The notes: generated from the letters alone by a model not told the origin. Positions 13,084 to 27,018 are shown, numbered from the whole stretch's first letter. The stretch is DNA of 63,924 nt, filler included, from Guillardia theta CCMP2712 (GCF_000315625.1; 3 parts of 3 records of this genome joined end to end with filler, not necessarily neighbours in it); one strand, 5' to 3'. Numbers and translations are program-made.

Positions 13084-15038
13084 TGCGATGTTATAATCCT
13101 AGAGGTATTCTCAGCATGTTCCAAGAAAGGTTGGAATAAACCACCTGCGAGGTCATCTTGGGTTTGAAAGACTAAAAGATCTGCCTGTGAATCGATGAAT
13201 GAAATTTCAAGAAGATCGTGACAGAGAGCGAGAGAAGGCAAGCGAGGGCACAAGAAAAAAGCAAGTCCGAAGTCGGTTATGCTTGTAGTCGGCAGAATGA
13301 CCAGAACGTACGAGACCTGCAAGGTAGGTTGAGAATTGTCACCTTGATCAAATCAAGATTGGTTTGCTGGAATAAACTGCATTCTCGTTCTTTCCTTCTT
13401 AAACCCTCCCTCCCGCTCTAGTATGTACATCAACGTTTTCTTTATCTCTGTCCGGTATTCTTCTCCCTTCATTCGCTGTCACTCTCTGTCAATTTACCAT
13501 CATTCGCTAACGTGAATTCTTTCGATTTCCGTCTTGTCGTTACTCTATCTACTTCGCTCTGTTGTCCCTCCCTCCCTCCCTCTCCCTCCCTCCCTCCCTC
13601 TCATGGTCTTCTCCCCACAAACTTGTAACGGCATTTCTTCAGAAACCACAAAAACCAAACTAAACTCCATTTAAAAAGGATCAGAGCTGAACCTCCTACA
13701 GCAGGTCCGCCTCATTGATAGGGGGAATGAGGGCGATGAACTGGTAATAGATCCTCTCATACCCCACAATAGGGGAGGTCCTACTCTCATACAGTACCTG
13801 ATAGGACCCACCCGGGTCGTAGCTGGGGTCGTAGACTGCAGGGCGGACGTAGGGGAGGGGGATCAACAAGTCAGATATATAAAAGTGTACCATATCTTTG
13901 ACCTTTTTTTAGTAGGAGTACCAATATTTTGAGATATATAATTGGGTCAAGTGTACTGACGGAGGGTCTCTGGTACTGAAGCGCTATGAACTTTAAAATG
14001 TTTTACCGGTGGGCATCTCGATGGACCAGCAGATACAATTAGTGGGGAGTATCACCCTACCCTACCCTCCTCTGGACCGTTGGGTCAGGCACCATGTACC
14101 CCCTCCGTTGACTGGTAGTACCCCTGTATACATCATAACCCCACCCCCTCCACTTTTGTGTCTTCTAATGGCCCCCCCTTCACACTTGCACATCTCGATA
14201 CTGAATAGGTAGGGTAGTGTCCGTCACACCACCCCTACCCCATGCTTTCCTATACCCTCCTTGAGAATTGCCTGGTGCTTTCTGCATGGAGAGATAGGGG
14301 TGGTCCATGGTTGTCATGGGGGGTGGGGTGGTAAGTGGGTAGGGTCCGTTGGTTCAATTGCAAATTGTAGCGAAAAAAAATGAGAAATGAAGGACAACAG
14401 GACAGGACAGGACAGGACAGGACAGGACAGGACAGGACAGCCCGAGATGGGAAGAGAGGAAACAGAGGAGCGAAGGGATGAGCGGGATATGGTATAGAGG
14501 GAAACAGGGGGATAGAAAGACAAGGAGGAGCGGAGAGGAAACGGTTGGAGAAGGCTGAATGGGAAATGTGGATACCAGTGGAAAGTTGAAGGGAAGAGGA
14601 TATCAGACGAGAGGAAAGGAAAAATCAGGGAAACTACGAGCACTGCCCTTACAGCATGGATGGTATCGTATTGGAGACAATGGAGAGATACTTAGCAAAC
14701 TGAAAGTACTCACAAGCATCGAGATGGTTATCGCATACTGCAAGAGGTACTCGAGTTTTTATTTTAGCACAAAAGGAAGTCATAGGGATGAGATGAATTG
14801 GATGCACTTTCGGTAGTATCTGCACATTCTGACGCGATGTCTTCAGTTGAGCAGGATCTCAATCCAACCATCACATTGACTGTTTTGTGGAACTCTTCCC
14901 AGCCCTTGCGTATCGTCTCCTTGCAGCCAATGTCATCACAACTTCTCAGAGCTTCTCTTACCCTCTCGTCCTGATCCCGAAGAGCTTCTCTCGCCTGTTG
15001 CCGAGACGGGACAGCAGGACACAGGGGGCAGGGTCAGC

Positions 15039-17112
15039 ATGGACCCTGCCCCGGTCTTGGATGATCAGCAGCACAAGCAAAACTGGAAGCAGGTGAAAAA
15101 CCTCTTCAAGTTTCTGACCGGCTTCCATGGGACGAAGAGGGAGGAGGCGTTGGACTTTGACTTTGGGATCGTCGAGCGAGTGCCTGAGAGTGTGGACCTG
15201 AAGCGACTGGAGCTGAACCCCAAGGTGGTTGGCTCCGTGGTGAAGGGTGTCGATCGGGTGCAGAAAGACTACAAACTAGGACGAATGCTGGGGGAGGGCG
15301 CATTTGCTAAGGTTTTGTGGCGCGTTTCAAGCAGAGTCAGAAGGCTTTTGCCTGCAAGGTGTCTTGATAGAGAGTCAGTAGATCGAGTCTGACGACATGG
15401 CAGATTATCTCCAAACTTTCACCCGACTACGATCATCCTTCCATGGAGAAGGAAATCCATATCCTCAAGAAGGTGACCTACTCTTGTTCCTTGCCCGTAC
15501 TCGTGTTCCTTGCTCCTACTCTTGTTCCTTGCTCCTCCTCCTCTTGGTTCTCTTTTCTCGTAATCTTTCCGCCGCCCCCATTGGCTCCTCATTAGTCTAC
15601 TTCACACATTCTTGCTGCTCATCGTTCCTCGCTCTTCCTCTGTCGTTGCCTGCGCTCTTTTCTCAGCGTGTGCAGGTGGAGCATCCCAACTGCATGCGAC
15701 TCTTCACCGTCTACGACGAGCCGACGAGAGCCTGTCTGATCCTGGAGCTGGTGCGAGGAAGCAACATGATCGACAGGTCTCCTCGTCCCTGCCTGCTCTG
15801 CTGCTCAACTTGGTTGCAGGATGGATAAGATGGGGCTGCCTTACAGCGAGCAGGAAGCGGCGAAGGTGCTGGAGGGCATCCTATCGGCCATGCGCTGTCT
15901 TCATAGCATGCACATCACTCACAGAGACCTCAAGCCTGAGAACCTCATGTACGCGTCTGACGTGGAGGTATCGAGCCTGTTTGTCATCTCCTCCTCCCTC
16001 CTCCCTCCTCCCTTCTTCCTCCTCCCTCCTCCCTTCTTCCTCCTCCCTCCTCCCTCCTCCCTCCTCCTTCCTTGCTCTTCCTCCTTCCTCCCTCTCCTCG
16101 TTTGAGTGGTACTCTCCTCCTCACTCTTCGTGCTTCTCCTGAATACTTGACCTGCTTCTTCTTTGCTGCCTCCCCGCTCCTCCTGGCTCACACGTTCACG
16201 CAGGAAGACCCGGACTACAACACGATCAAGGTCTGCGACCTCGGGCTTGCTCAGATCCTCCGCAGCGGGTCCGATGTGATGCACACCGTGTGCGGCACTC
16301 CAGGGTTTATGGCGCCAGGTGAGGAGGGGGAGAGAGAGGAGGAGAGGGGGAAGGAGGAGGAGAGGGGGAAGGAGGAGGAGAGGGGGAAGGAGGAGGAGAG
16401 GGGGAAGGAGGAGGAGGAGAGGGGGAAGGAGGAGGAGAGGGGGAAGGAGGAGGAGAGGAGGAAGGAGGAGGAGAGGGGGAAGGAGGAGGAGAGGGTCGAG
16501 TGATGGGAGGCAACAGAGATATGGAGGAGGCAACCCTATGACAACAAAGCCGACATGTGGTCTATCGGTGAGGAACTTCCCTCTCATGCGTGCAGCTCCT
16601 CCTCCTGCCCCCTGTCCTCCCGCGTGTAGTCCCTGACAGCCTCTGGATACTCAGGAGCGATCATGTACTGGATGCTGAGCGCAGATCTTCCCTTCTCGCA
16701 GGTAGGGCGGAGGGAGAGGAAAGTGACAGACGCATCTGAGCTGCTGGCAGTCCGATGAGAATATTCCAAAGTTTCTCAAAGCAATGCAGCAGGGAAAGGT
16801 CTCTACCTCCTCCTCCTCTTGCTCGCCGTCTTCATCAGCACAAACTCCTCCTCATCATCATCATCATCTCCATCATCATCATCATCATCCTCATCCTCAT
16901 CTCCATCATCATCATCATCATCATCATCTCCGTATCCATATGCATCTTCATCTCACTTCAATCTTTGCCTTGTCTTACTTTGTGCAGATTGAGTTTCCAG
17001 ACCGATATTTCGCTCAAGTAAGCAAAGATGCGAAGGATCTGATAACAGGGATGCTGGCATATGAACCTAAGGTAGAGGAGGAGAAGGAGTAGCTGTGCTG
17101 GTGCTCGTGGTC

Positions 17113-17155
<43 letters not shown>

Positions 17156-17268
17156 GGGGCGGAAAGGAGGGGGAGGAGAAACATGTTGCGAAGTTCGTCG
17201 GAAGAGGGACTGATGGGACTTAGCTGAGGTTGAGCGCGCTACAAGCGATCGATCATGCTTGGATCAAG
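15039..17268 (+). CDS. Ser/Thr protein kinase, CAMK group (spliced kinase domain; the gene probably extends from ~14.6 kb to ~19564)
   Basis: Exons encode YKLGRMLGEGAFAK, EKEIHILKK/VEHPNCMRL, HRDLKPENLMY, IKVCDLGLA, TVCGTPGFMAP, PYDNKADMWSI, VSKDAKDLITGML and SALQAIDHAWIK. Confidence 0.9.
16319..16495. repeat. 18-bp all-purine minisatellite (GGAGGAGAGGGGGAAGGA) in a kinase intron
   Basis: Visible tandem copies. Confidence 0.85.
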
Positions 17269-18350
17269 GTAGGAGGGAAGGGGCGAGAAGAAGAGGAGAG
17301 CAGGAGGGAAGGAGAGAAGAGAGGAGGAGGGAAGGGAAGGGGGGAGGAGAGAAGAGAGGAGGAGGGGAGGGAAGGGGGGAGGAGAGGGGGACAATAGGGG
17401 AGGAGGGGAGACATAGGTTGACTTGCTTTCAGTTTGGGGGAGAACCATTCGATGAGTCGGTCGTTTGCAACCATTGGCTACATAGGACACTAAGAAAGTC
17501 TGACCTCCTCTTTCTCCTCTTGCTCCTCTTCCTCCTCCCAACTTCACGTGCGTCCTTCTGAGACGTCCCGGCAGGAGCTGCCCTGCTTTCAACCGCTACC
17601 ATGATGTGAAGGCTCTCGCGTACTTGACTAACAGGTTCTTCCCTCCTCCTCTGCTTCTTCTCCCCTTCTTCATCTCCTCCTCTCTCACCGTCTCTTCCCC
17701 CCTCTGCTCTCCTTCTTCTCCTGCTCGTTCTTCTCTCTCCTCCTCCCTCCTCCTTCTCTTGCTCTCGCTCGTTTCGATCCCTTGACGTGCAGCAGGATGA
17801 CGAGGAGAACGTATGAACCTGGATCGCAAGTTGGTGAGGACCAGCAACAATCTGTTCGTCACTCTGACAAGCTCTCAGCCGACTTTGAAGGAATTTACTT
17901 CGTTGAATCTGGTACCTCCCGTGCTTCCCTCGCCTCCCTTCTCCTGATCCTTCCTGTTACTATCTCCTTCCCTTCCTCTCCTCCCTCCTGCCTTCTCCTC
18001 TTTCTGCTCTCTTCCTTGAAGTTGACAGGTTACCGCAGGAAAAGTTGCTTTGATGGTGGATGGAATCGAGGAGGTCAAGGAGGAAGAGGAGGAGGAAGAG
18101 GAGGAGGTGACAAGAAGGACGCAGGCGGTGCTGCTGGAGAAAACTTTCTTCGCTCATCTTTCAATCCTCCTCCCCCACGAATGTCACTGCCAGGTACTTT
18201 TCCTCTCCTCCTCCTCGTTCGGCTGACCCGTTCGTCCTGCAGATTGTCGTTCCGACAGGTAGAGAATGAGGAGAAAAGAGTGGGAGGGAGAGGAGGAGAA
18301 GGAAAACGAGCAGAGAGGGGGAGGGAAAGAGGAGGAGTCGGTGAACGAGA

Positions 18351-18458
<108 letters not shown>

Positions 18459-19785
18459 GGAGGAGGTTGCGACATCTGGGTCATTCGTTGTTTCGCAGGA
18501 GGACTTCCCTTCCCTGCCACCCTCTACACGCTCAGCAGCACAGACGTAACGGCAGCTGGAGGGCAGCTGGGAGGGGCTAACGGCTGGTGCAGGTGTGGAG
18601 AGTTTTTGACAAGAATCCCTCGCTGAGGAAGAGGTTGACAGCGATGGCGCTCTACTGCATATCGAAAGATGAGGTGAAACAACTTGATGTCCTCCTGCTC
18701 TGGTCTGCTCTGCTCTGCTCTGCTCTGCTCTGCTCTGCTCTGCTCTGCTCTGCTCTACTCTACTCTGCACTGCACTGCTCTGCTCTTCTCTGCTCTGCTC
18801 TTACACCCTTTTTTCCTCTTCCCCTCTCCTCTTCGCTCTTCTCTTTCTCTGTTCCTCCTCTTGTCGATTGTTTTCTTCCGCCTGCTCTGAAAACTGGAGC
18901 TGCAGACGGCGAGGGAGGAGGAGTACGAAGAGAGGTGAGCTGGGGAAGAGCTGGGGACTCGTCTGACTTCCGAGCAGAGAAAGTTTCATTCGAACTTTGT
19001 CGAGCACTTCTGGTAAGTCCCGAGGGGAGGGAGGGAGGGAGGGAGGGAGGGAGGGAGGGAGGAGGAGGAGGAGGAGGAGGAGGAGGAGGAGGAGGACGGA
19101 GGAGGAGGAGGAGGAGGAGGAGGAGGAGGAGGAGGAGGAGGAGGAGGAGGAGGNNNNNNNNNNNNNNNNNNNNNNNNNNNNNNNNNNNNNNNNNNNNTTA
19201 ATTAATTAANNNNNNNNNNNNNNNNNNNNNNNNNNNNNNNNNNNNNNNNNNNNTCTCTGCTAATGCTACTTTCAGCAGTGCTGCTGCTGCTGCTGCTCCT
19301 CCTCCTCCTCCTCCTCCTCTTTTCTTGTGCTCCTGCTCCTGCTCCGTGTACTTTGCCTCCTCCTTGTCTGCCTCCTCCTCCTTTTCTTTCTTCTCCCCTT
19401 CTCCTCCTCGTTCTTCTCTTCCTCCCGGTCTCTGTCTTGGTCCTTTTTCTCTCCCTCCTCTTCCTCTTCTTCTCCTCACGCGTCACCTGCAGGTCATGTC
19501 CGCGCTCTTCTGCGGATTCGTCGCCTCCTGTTCGACAGCCTGTGTGGCAGCGATCATGGCGTAGAGACGTGAAGCTGAGGAGGAGGAGGAGGAGGAGGAG
19601 GAGGGAGAGTAGAGGCAAGAGGAGGATGAGCAGCTCAAGTCATGAGACTTTATGCGAGAAGAGCATGGAGACGGGGAAATGAAACGACGGAGAGGGAGGA
19701 GGAGGAGGAGGAGGAGGAGGAGGAGGAGGAGGAGGAGGAGGAGGAGGAGGAGGAGGAGGAGGAGGAAGGGGCACGATTGTTCAAG

Positions 19786-19915
19786 TTCATAATATAGCAA
19801 ACGATTAAACACATTCCTGCTCTCGCGTTATGTAGCCTGTTTGAACATGTCAGCAAGAGGGAGAGAGAGGAGAAAGAGAAGAAAGAGGAGGCAGGAAGGT
19901 GAGACGAGAAAAGAG

Positions 19916-19951
<36 letters not shown>

Positions 19952-20809
19952 CTTTCGAAGTCTTGCCAGCAGGACAGGACACGCAGGTGTCATGAGGGAT
20001 CATGGTATAGGCTGAGTAGTCGCAGTTGCAGTTCGTCTCTCGCGCTGAGAGGATGAAGATGGAGGAGGATACGTTGAGCCCTACCCCCGCACCCCAGGGA
20101 TCTTTGCCCTCCTGCTTGCTAGATTCACATGGAAGAAGAGGGAGAAGAGAAGGAGGAGGAGGTAGAGTAGTAGTAGTAGGAGGAGGAGGTAGAGGAGGAG
20201 GAGGAGGNNNNNNNNNNNNNNNNNNNNNNNNNNNNNNNNNNNNNNNNNNNNNNNNNNNNNNNNNNNNNNNNNNNNNNNNNNNNNNNNNNNNNNNNNNNNN
20301 NNNNNNNGAGGAGGAGGAGGAGGAGGAGGAGGAGGAGGAGGAGGAGGAGACGCAGGCGTACCAAGATCGAGCTGCATTTACCGAAACCAGCAGTGAAGAA
20401 GGAGGTCAGCGGCCTACAGAACCATCAACAATACAAAGAGAAGGAGGAGGAGAGGGTCGAGGTTGAGGTTGAGGTTGAGGAGGAGGAGGAGAAGGAGGAG
20501 GACAAGGAGAACGAAGGGCTGGGGAAGAGGAAGAAGAAGACGACAACGAAGGGAGGAAGAGGGCGAGGGCGACCAAGGGGGGGCGGGGGGATGAGGAGAA
20601 GAAGGAGAATAGGGAGAAGGAGAATAGGGAGGAGGAGGAGGAGGATTATCTTACTCATTCGAGGGTCTGCAGACGGTCTGATTGACATATGTCACGTTAG
20701 TGGCGTTAGCGACGGTTGTCAAATTCGTTGAGTTTGACGAGTTGGCGCTGCTGGGGCTGATTTGTCGGACGAGCGTCACATTACAGATGTCCCTGTCAGC
20801 TCAAGTCAA

Positions 20810-20855
<46 letters not shown>

Positions 20856-23800
20856 CGTCCTCGTCCTCGTCCTTCTCCTCGTCCTTCTCCTCGTCCTCAT
20901 CCTTTTCGTCCTTCCTCCTCCCTACTACTACTGCTGCTCCAGCTCCATTTTCTCCTCCTTCTCCTGCTCTCCTGCTCCTGCTCCTCTATCTAGAGTTCAG
21001 CTCACTTGGGAGCGGTGAAGTTCTGGCAGACAATCCATGGGTTCCTTCCCGTTGTCGCATCCGACTGACGTGATGAAGTCAATCCACAAAAACACATATG
21101 CTCCTCCTCCCTCCCTCCTTCCCTCCCCTCCTCCCTCCCCTCCTCGTCCCTCCCTCCCTCGTGCATCCTTCCTCTCTCTTGCTCTGCCTCCTCTTGCTCA
21201 TTCCCTGCTCCTCCTCTCTCTCTTCTCCTCTGCTTCCCCTCCTCCTCCTCCTCCTCTCCCCCTGACCTCGGTGCTGTACAGCTCAAAGTCCACGTGCAGG
21301 GTGTGTCCTGGCTGGCTGGTCGTCCAGTCTTGCGTGAGGATCGAATGGAGCATCCTGCTCGACCAGAGCTTGTTGGTGTAGGCGGACGCCGTGACCTGCC
21401 GTAGTGTCAGACCCCAGCTGAAGTCGAACTCGAGGTAGATCAGCTGACCTTGTAGTAGACGAGGGCGGAAGAGTTGGAGCAGGAAGGACAGTTGCGGCGG
21501 AAGATTGAGTTTCCTGCGTGCGGGCACTTTGAGAGGAGAAGAGGAGAGGAGCAGGTAGAGGGCAGGGGGCGATGGCGAGGAGGATGCGGAGAGCGAGGAG
21601 GAGGATGCGGAGAGCGAGGAGGAGGATGCGAGGAAGGGAAGGGAGAGGGAGAGGGAGAGGGACAGGAAGAGAGAAATCAAAGAGGAAAGAACTGGAGCAG
21701 GAGGGCAGAGGGTAGCATTGTAGCAGAGGATGAAAATTTCACCGGAGAGGATCATCTGACTCCACCAGTCAGCTCCTGCGTCCAGCACATTGCCCTGCCA
21801 CCCCGAGCTGCGGGAGTAGAGAAGCTTCCAGACCGTCGTCTCCTGGCAACCTGCCGCAAACTTCAGCCCGGCTCTTAACAGGCCCCTGTCCAACTTCACC
21901 TTGACACGTCTTCGTTGGCCTCCATTCTGACACCCTAGTGAGGTTCAGGTAGGATCCAGCTGGGCATGCCATGCAGAGGTTCAGAGTTTCGTCCCTGACC
22001 CCCTCAGTCGCCTCGGGGTAGCCCAACGGGGGGCTGACGTGGCAGGTGCCGTCCCCCCGGATGACAAGGGACCAGCTGAAGGCGTTGGCAACCGAGAGGG
22101 CCGGGAAGACTCCAGCTGCAGCGAGGATGCCCGTGGTGTTCGCGCAGAGGAAGGAAGAGCAGGCGAGCAGGTTGTCAAGGGGAGCTGGGATGGTCCCGTA
22201 GGGGCAGGGAACGGCAGCTGGGAGGATGCTGAAGTCACAAGCTCGCTTGCAGATGCCGTACTCGATCCGGGGGGAGAAAGACGAAGGAGCCGTGGTGCAT
22301 CTCTGATCAGCTGGAGAGTAGGTGAGAGTCGTCATGAGCCCAGCTCCGCTGAAGGAGACGTCCCCCTTGCACAGGGAGGGCTGGCAGGAGGAGAGATCTG
22401 GTCAGGGGGTCAGGGGGTCAGAGGGTCAGAGGAGGGGAGGGAGTTTAAGGAAGACCTGCATCTGCAGCGAACGATGCCCCCACCCCGCAGGAGGTGCCCG
22501 GGGAGGAGAGGGAGTAGAAAGAGCAGGAGGAGGAGGACGGGCACTTGCAGGTACTCAGGGGGTCGCACAACCTGCCGCTGCATCCGATGGTGGTGGAGGA
22601 GCAGCAGCCGATGCTGACTCCAGCTATGGAGGTCGACGAGCTGCAAACACCTCCCAGAGCTTGACTGCAGCTGAGGGCAAACGGCTTGCTGTACGGGGAC
22701 GTCCCTTCGTCCTCCACCAGTAGCGCGCTGGTTGAAGACTTGACGTCGAGCCTACCGAGCCGCCAGTAGTCTCCTCCTCCTCTCGAGAGCGACTTTCTCA
22801 CAAGAACTCCGGAGGAGGAGATCACTTGCACCTCCTCTCCTCCGACGAAGGTCTGGCTGGAGGAGAGCAGGGGGGAGTCCTGGTGCTGGACTGCGACTGA
22901 AAGGTTGAAGGAGGTGGGAACGAAGTTGCCAGCTGACTGTTGCATGACGATCCTGATAAGGTCCGGCTTCTGCCCGAGCATCTCCCACGACGTCAGCTCG
23001 TCGTTCTTGTAGATCGCTGCCGCGCTCGAGACGTAGACTGTACCCCCCAGCTGCGCCCGCAGGCGCAAGGACGAGGGGTACATTCCCCAGCTGAGGGCCA
23101 GCACGATCTCGTTCCCAGCTGGGTTCCTGAAGATGGGGATGGACACGTTGACCGTGGTGTCGTAGACCGTTACCCTCTGCTGGGTGAAGTTGTAACCGCT
23201 GGTCTGAACCGAGATGAGGTAGGTTCCGGCAGGGATGGAAAGGGCGAAGGAGGAGGTGGCGGAGAGGTTGGAAGGAGGAAGAGGAGCGTCGGAAGAGGAG
23301 TTGAAGAGGAGCCCACCAGGACAGACCCCATCACAGCACCAGCTCAACAAGACCCTCAAGCTCGACAGCGCAAACTCCCTCGCCGTCTCTGCGTCGTAGA
23401 CTCTGAAGTTGATCCGATAGTTTGGCTGCATGCCCGGGCAGGTGCCGCACCTGTAGTCGGAGGCGAGAGAGGGGCAGCCCCTGCCAGCCTTGAGGAGCCA
23501 GAGGAAGGAGGCGTCGGGGCGGAGGAAGATCGACCTGCTGGGGGCGTTGGGCTCGTTGAGGACGTAGACCAGGTAGTCCTGCTCCTTTCTCTGCATCACC
23601 CCTCCGATGTAGGGGGTGAGCACCCGGGGTAGGTTGGCTAGGAGGGGGTCATCTTGTACCTGCATGAGGGGTACTACGACGCTGAGCTGCTCGTACTGCC
23701 ACCCGGTGCTAGTTGTCAAGTCCTTGCAGTAGGAAGGGCATGCGAGAACGCAGCTGCGCTCGTCCGCGTACGTCTGCGCGGTCGCAGGACACCAGAAGAA

Positions 23801-26371
23801 CTTGGGGAAGGCGATGGCGCCATGGCAGGCGGTGACGTTGGGCCAGAGGACGCGCGGACGAGTGGAGATGGCTCCTGCTGCCATGCCGTCGGCGTACTCG
23901 AGGATGTCAATCCTGCGATCCCCCGATCGGTCGAGGATGCGGAAGAGAACTTCGGTTCCGCTGAGGTTTCCGATGGCGTACGAGGTCGCGTTGCCGACGA
24001 CGCGGGAGAATTCTTGGAAGGAGAGGAAAGAATCGCGGTTGAGGTCGACCTGCGGACTTGTCAGGTAGATAAGGGAGAAAGAAGGTGAAGGAGGTGGAGG
24101 TGGAGCGGGAATCCAAACAACCTCGTAACGAAAGTTCTCTCTGAAGTAAGCTCTTGACTGCTCATAGTTGTCAAGCTTCGTAAAGTTTGCTATCTCTCCT
24201 GCAGAAAGTTGAGACCTTAGCTTTGACGTGTTTGCACTGACCGAACCAAACTGTCAAGTTGGGAACAAGTCGCGTCAAGCACTCAGTGCATTGAGAATCT
24301 TTGCAGGTCAAACATAGGGGGTCGCACCAGTACCTACAGCCGGATGAATGGGCAAGTGAACGAGAGAGTTTGCAGAGAAGCAGAAGTAGAACTGATCAAT
24401 GACAATGATTGCAGATTGAAGAACAAGTACACAACACAAAGAAGCAGGTTGAATCGATGAGGAGATGAAATGATCATAATTGAGATTTTGATAATGTTCC
24501 ACATACGAGAGCAAAAACATCTAAGAAGAAATCAAGGAATGAATGATGATTCATCGCATCTTGTTTTGTTGAGGTGTCAAAACTTTCTGCGACAGGTTTA
24601 GGTTTCACAGTTCTACCAGTAACGATTGCGAATGAAGCTCGAGGCGGTAGCATTTCCCTGACATGATAGGTCAGAGAAAAGCATGAGAAAAGGAAAGAAA
24701 ACACAAGAGAAGGAGAGTGAGGAAAGGATGGGAAACACCGAACAGTGGGAACAAGAAAGAGGAGAGGAGCAATGATATAAATGGGGTGAAAATGAGAAGT
24801 GAAAGCAACAGGGGGAGGAAAATTCAGGGGAAGGAAAGAAGTGAAACAGAAGGAGAACAGATGGAAGGAGGTCAAAGAGAACTCACAAAGTAGGAGGAGT
24901 TGATAAGCGAGAGCCTCTGCTGCCCCGTCGTTGTCATCCACTGACCCGGGCAGGAGAGGAGGGAGCGAGACAGAGCAGACTGGAAGTTGACTGCGACAGG
25001 TAAGCGACGACGAAACACAGGAGATGCTCTTCACCTCTCCTCCTCCTCTCCCTTCCTCCCCCTCCCTGAACCTTTCGCTCTCTTCTCATCCCCTTTCCTT
25101 TCCTCTTCCGCCTCCTCGCCACACCTCTCCCACTCTTCTTCCCTCCTCCTGACCTCGTCCTTTCCTCTCCTTCTCTCTTCAGCTCTTCTTTCCCTTCCCG
25201 CCTACTCAACTCCCCTCCTCCCCTCCCCTCCAGTCTCACCTGGACATGACAGCACAGTCTTATTGCAAGTTTCCTCGTAGATGTCAGCCTGAGCCATCCA
25301 GCACACGTCACGTCCCCCTGACCAGCAGCAGACCCTCCTACCTGCAGTAGCGCGCAAGCGTCTGCCTCGTTCGCCAGCCCCAGCGTGAAGGACAGCAGCA
25401 TCTCGGTGCGCTGCACAACCTTCCAAGGGCATCAGCACGTGCAGACTAGTCAGGAGCAGGACGCACTTTCGACTTCTCGTAGCCTCCCATCGCGTCCACG
25501 TCTGTTGTAGACAACAACGGCCTCTGCTTGCACCAACACACAAGAAAGTCATCACAGCCTTCACCCCAGCCTCTCCTCCTCCCCTCACCACGCTGGTGAC
25601 GTTGGCGTCCTTGCCGTCGTTCCACAGGCTGTTGAAGTTGCTCAGCGTCGAGCAGTGAAACGTCCACGACCAGTCGAACGAGAACTGAAACGTCGACCCA
25701 GCATTCCGATAGCACTTGCTGCGCGAGCCAGTCACGTCCCCCCGACCGTCTTCATGTCCGTTCAGCTCACCTTGAGTCGAGGACCTGCGGCTCGTAGCAG
25801 GAAGAGCATGCCGAGTCGTAGCACATGTTGACTTTATCGCTCGCACAGTCGAACTTGATGTACATGTCTGTGTCAGCGTTGTAGAAGCACGTCCCTGATG
25901 GAGGATCCGAGGTCAGAGGAGGCGGCAACCAGCCATCATGTACCGCTGACAAACAAGAGAGCTTTCGCCGCCTCTCCTTTACAAGCGCTGACCCACGGCC
26001 ACAGCACAAACACCCCGTAGCTCTGCTGGACGTTAGAGATCGCCGTCAAGTCAGCAGCCTCGAGCGAGCAGTCAACGTTGCGGTAAGTCCCTTGAGGGAG
26101 GACCGTTGACGGCACATACTGCAGCTGGGGCAGGCAAGAGGGGTTGGAGCACAGGTCCGCCATTCTGTCCTGTCTGGCCATGAAGACCATCTCGATCGGC
26201 AGCCCGTCGCACTGACTTGAGCTGCTGACCGTCGTCAAGCCGGTAGCGCAACATGCTGAGCTTGTACCTGAAGGTTGACTGCAGCACATAGAGCCCCTGA
26301 GCTTGTCCTGGGCCAAGCGCTAGCAGCAGGAGGCACATGACTGCGAGGCTGAGGGGAGGGAGAGGAGGCAT
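19786..26371 (-). CDS. Large secreted Cys-rich surface protein: signal peptide, Cys-rich exons, EF-hand pair, beta-sandwich region, CxxCPAG (GCC2/GCC3-like) repeats; may be two genes split near 24.5 kb
   Basis: Leader MPPLPPLSLAVMCLLLLALGPGQAQG. EF-hand loops DLNRDSFLSFQE and DRSGDRRIDILE (~24050-23900) run in frame into the 479-aa ORF (IPAGTYLISVQTSGY, IVLALSWG). CMACPAGSY (~21970) and CVSCPAGKT (~19980); many N-x-S/T sequons. Confidence 0.6.
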
Positions 26372-26513
26372 GCGAGGCTGTTGAGGGAGGAGGTAGAGGC
26401 CGATCTCAGTGCATGGGAGGGATCTGTGAGCAACAATCATGAGGGAGCGAGAAAAGTCTTCCATGCCATCTCCCAGCCTCTCACTCTCAACCCCTCGGCC
26501 CTCAATGCCCGTC

Positions 26514-26558
26514 AGTCATGTCAACATGAGAGTGTGAAACTCTCGTGTTGACATGACT
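26514..26558. other. 20-bp inverted repeat (hairpin, 5-nt loop) inside a short direct duplication
   Basis: AGTCATGTCAACATGAGAGT-gtgaa-ACTCTCGTGTTGACATGACT, one mismatch. Confidence 0.8.
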
Positions 26559-27018
26559 CCAACTGCTCTTGCTGTCATCAGCCTTGCGCTCATATCAACA
26601 TGAGAGTTTCATCCTCGAACTGCTCTTGCTGTCATCAACCTTGCGCTCCTAGCTGCCGACTCGTCTTGATCGGACCCAGTCTCTGACTGTACATTCTCTT
26701 TCCTTTGTCCTCCTTGTTTCTCCTTCTCTCCCTGTGCCTCCTCTGCTCTGCTATGCTCTGCTCTGCTCTCCTCTCCTCTGCTCTCCTCTCCTCTGCTCTG
26801 CTCTGCTCTGCTCTGCTCTCCTCTGCTCTCCTCTGCTCTGCTCTGATCTGATCTGCTCTGCTCTGCTCTGCTCTGCTCTCCTCTCGTCTCTTCTCCTTCT
26901 CTCTTCACCCCCCCTCCCCCTGCCGCCATTGAGGTATCACTAACGGCTATTGAGCGGATAAGGCTAGTCAAGTGAGAATGGGAGGGGGAGGAGGTCAGAG
27001 GCGGCAGGAGGGAAGGGA

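Noticed and set aside
19198-19209. TTAATTAATTAA between N runs (also 43560-43571)
   Set aside because: Assembly linker with stops in all frames; not biological.
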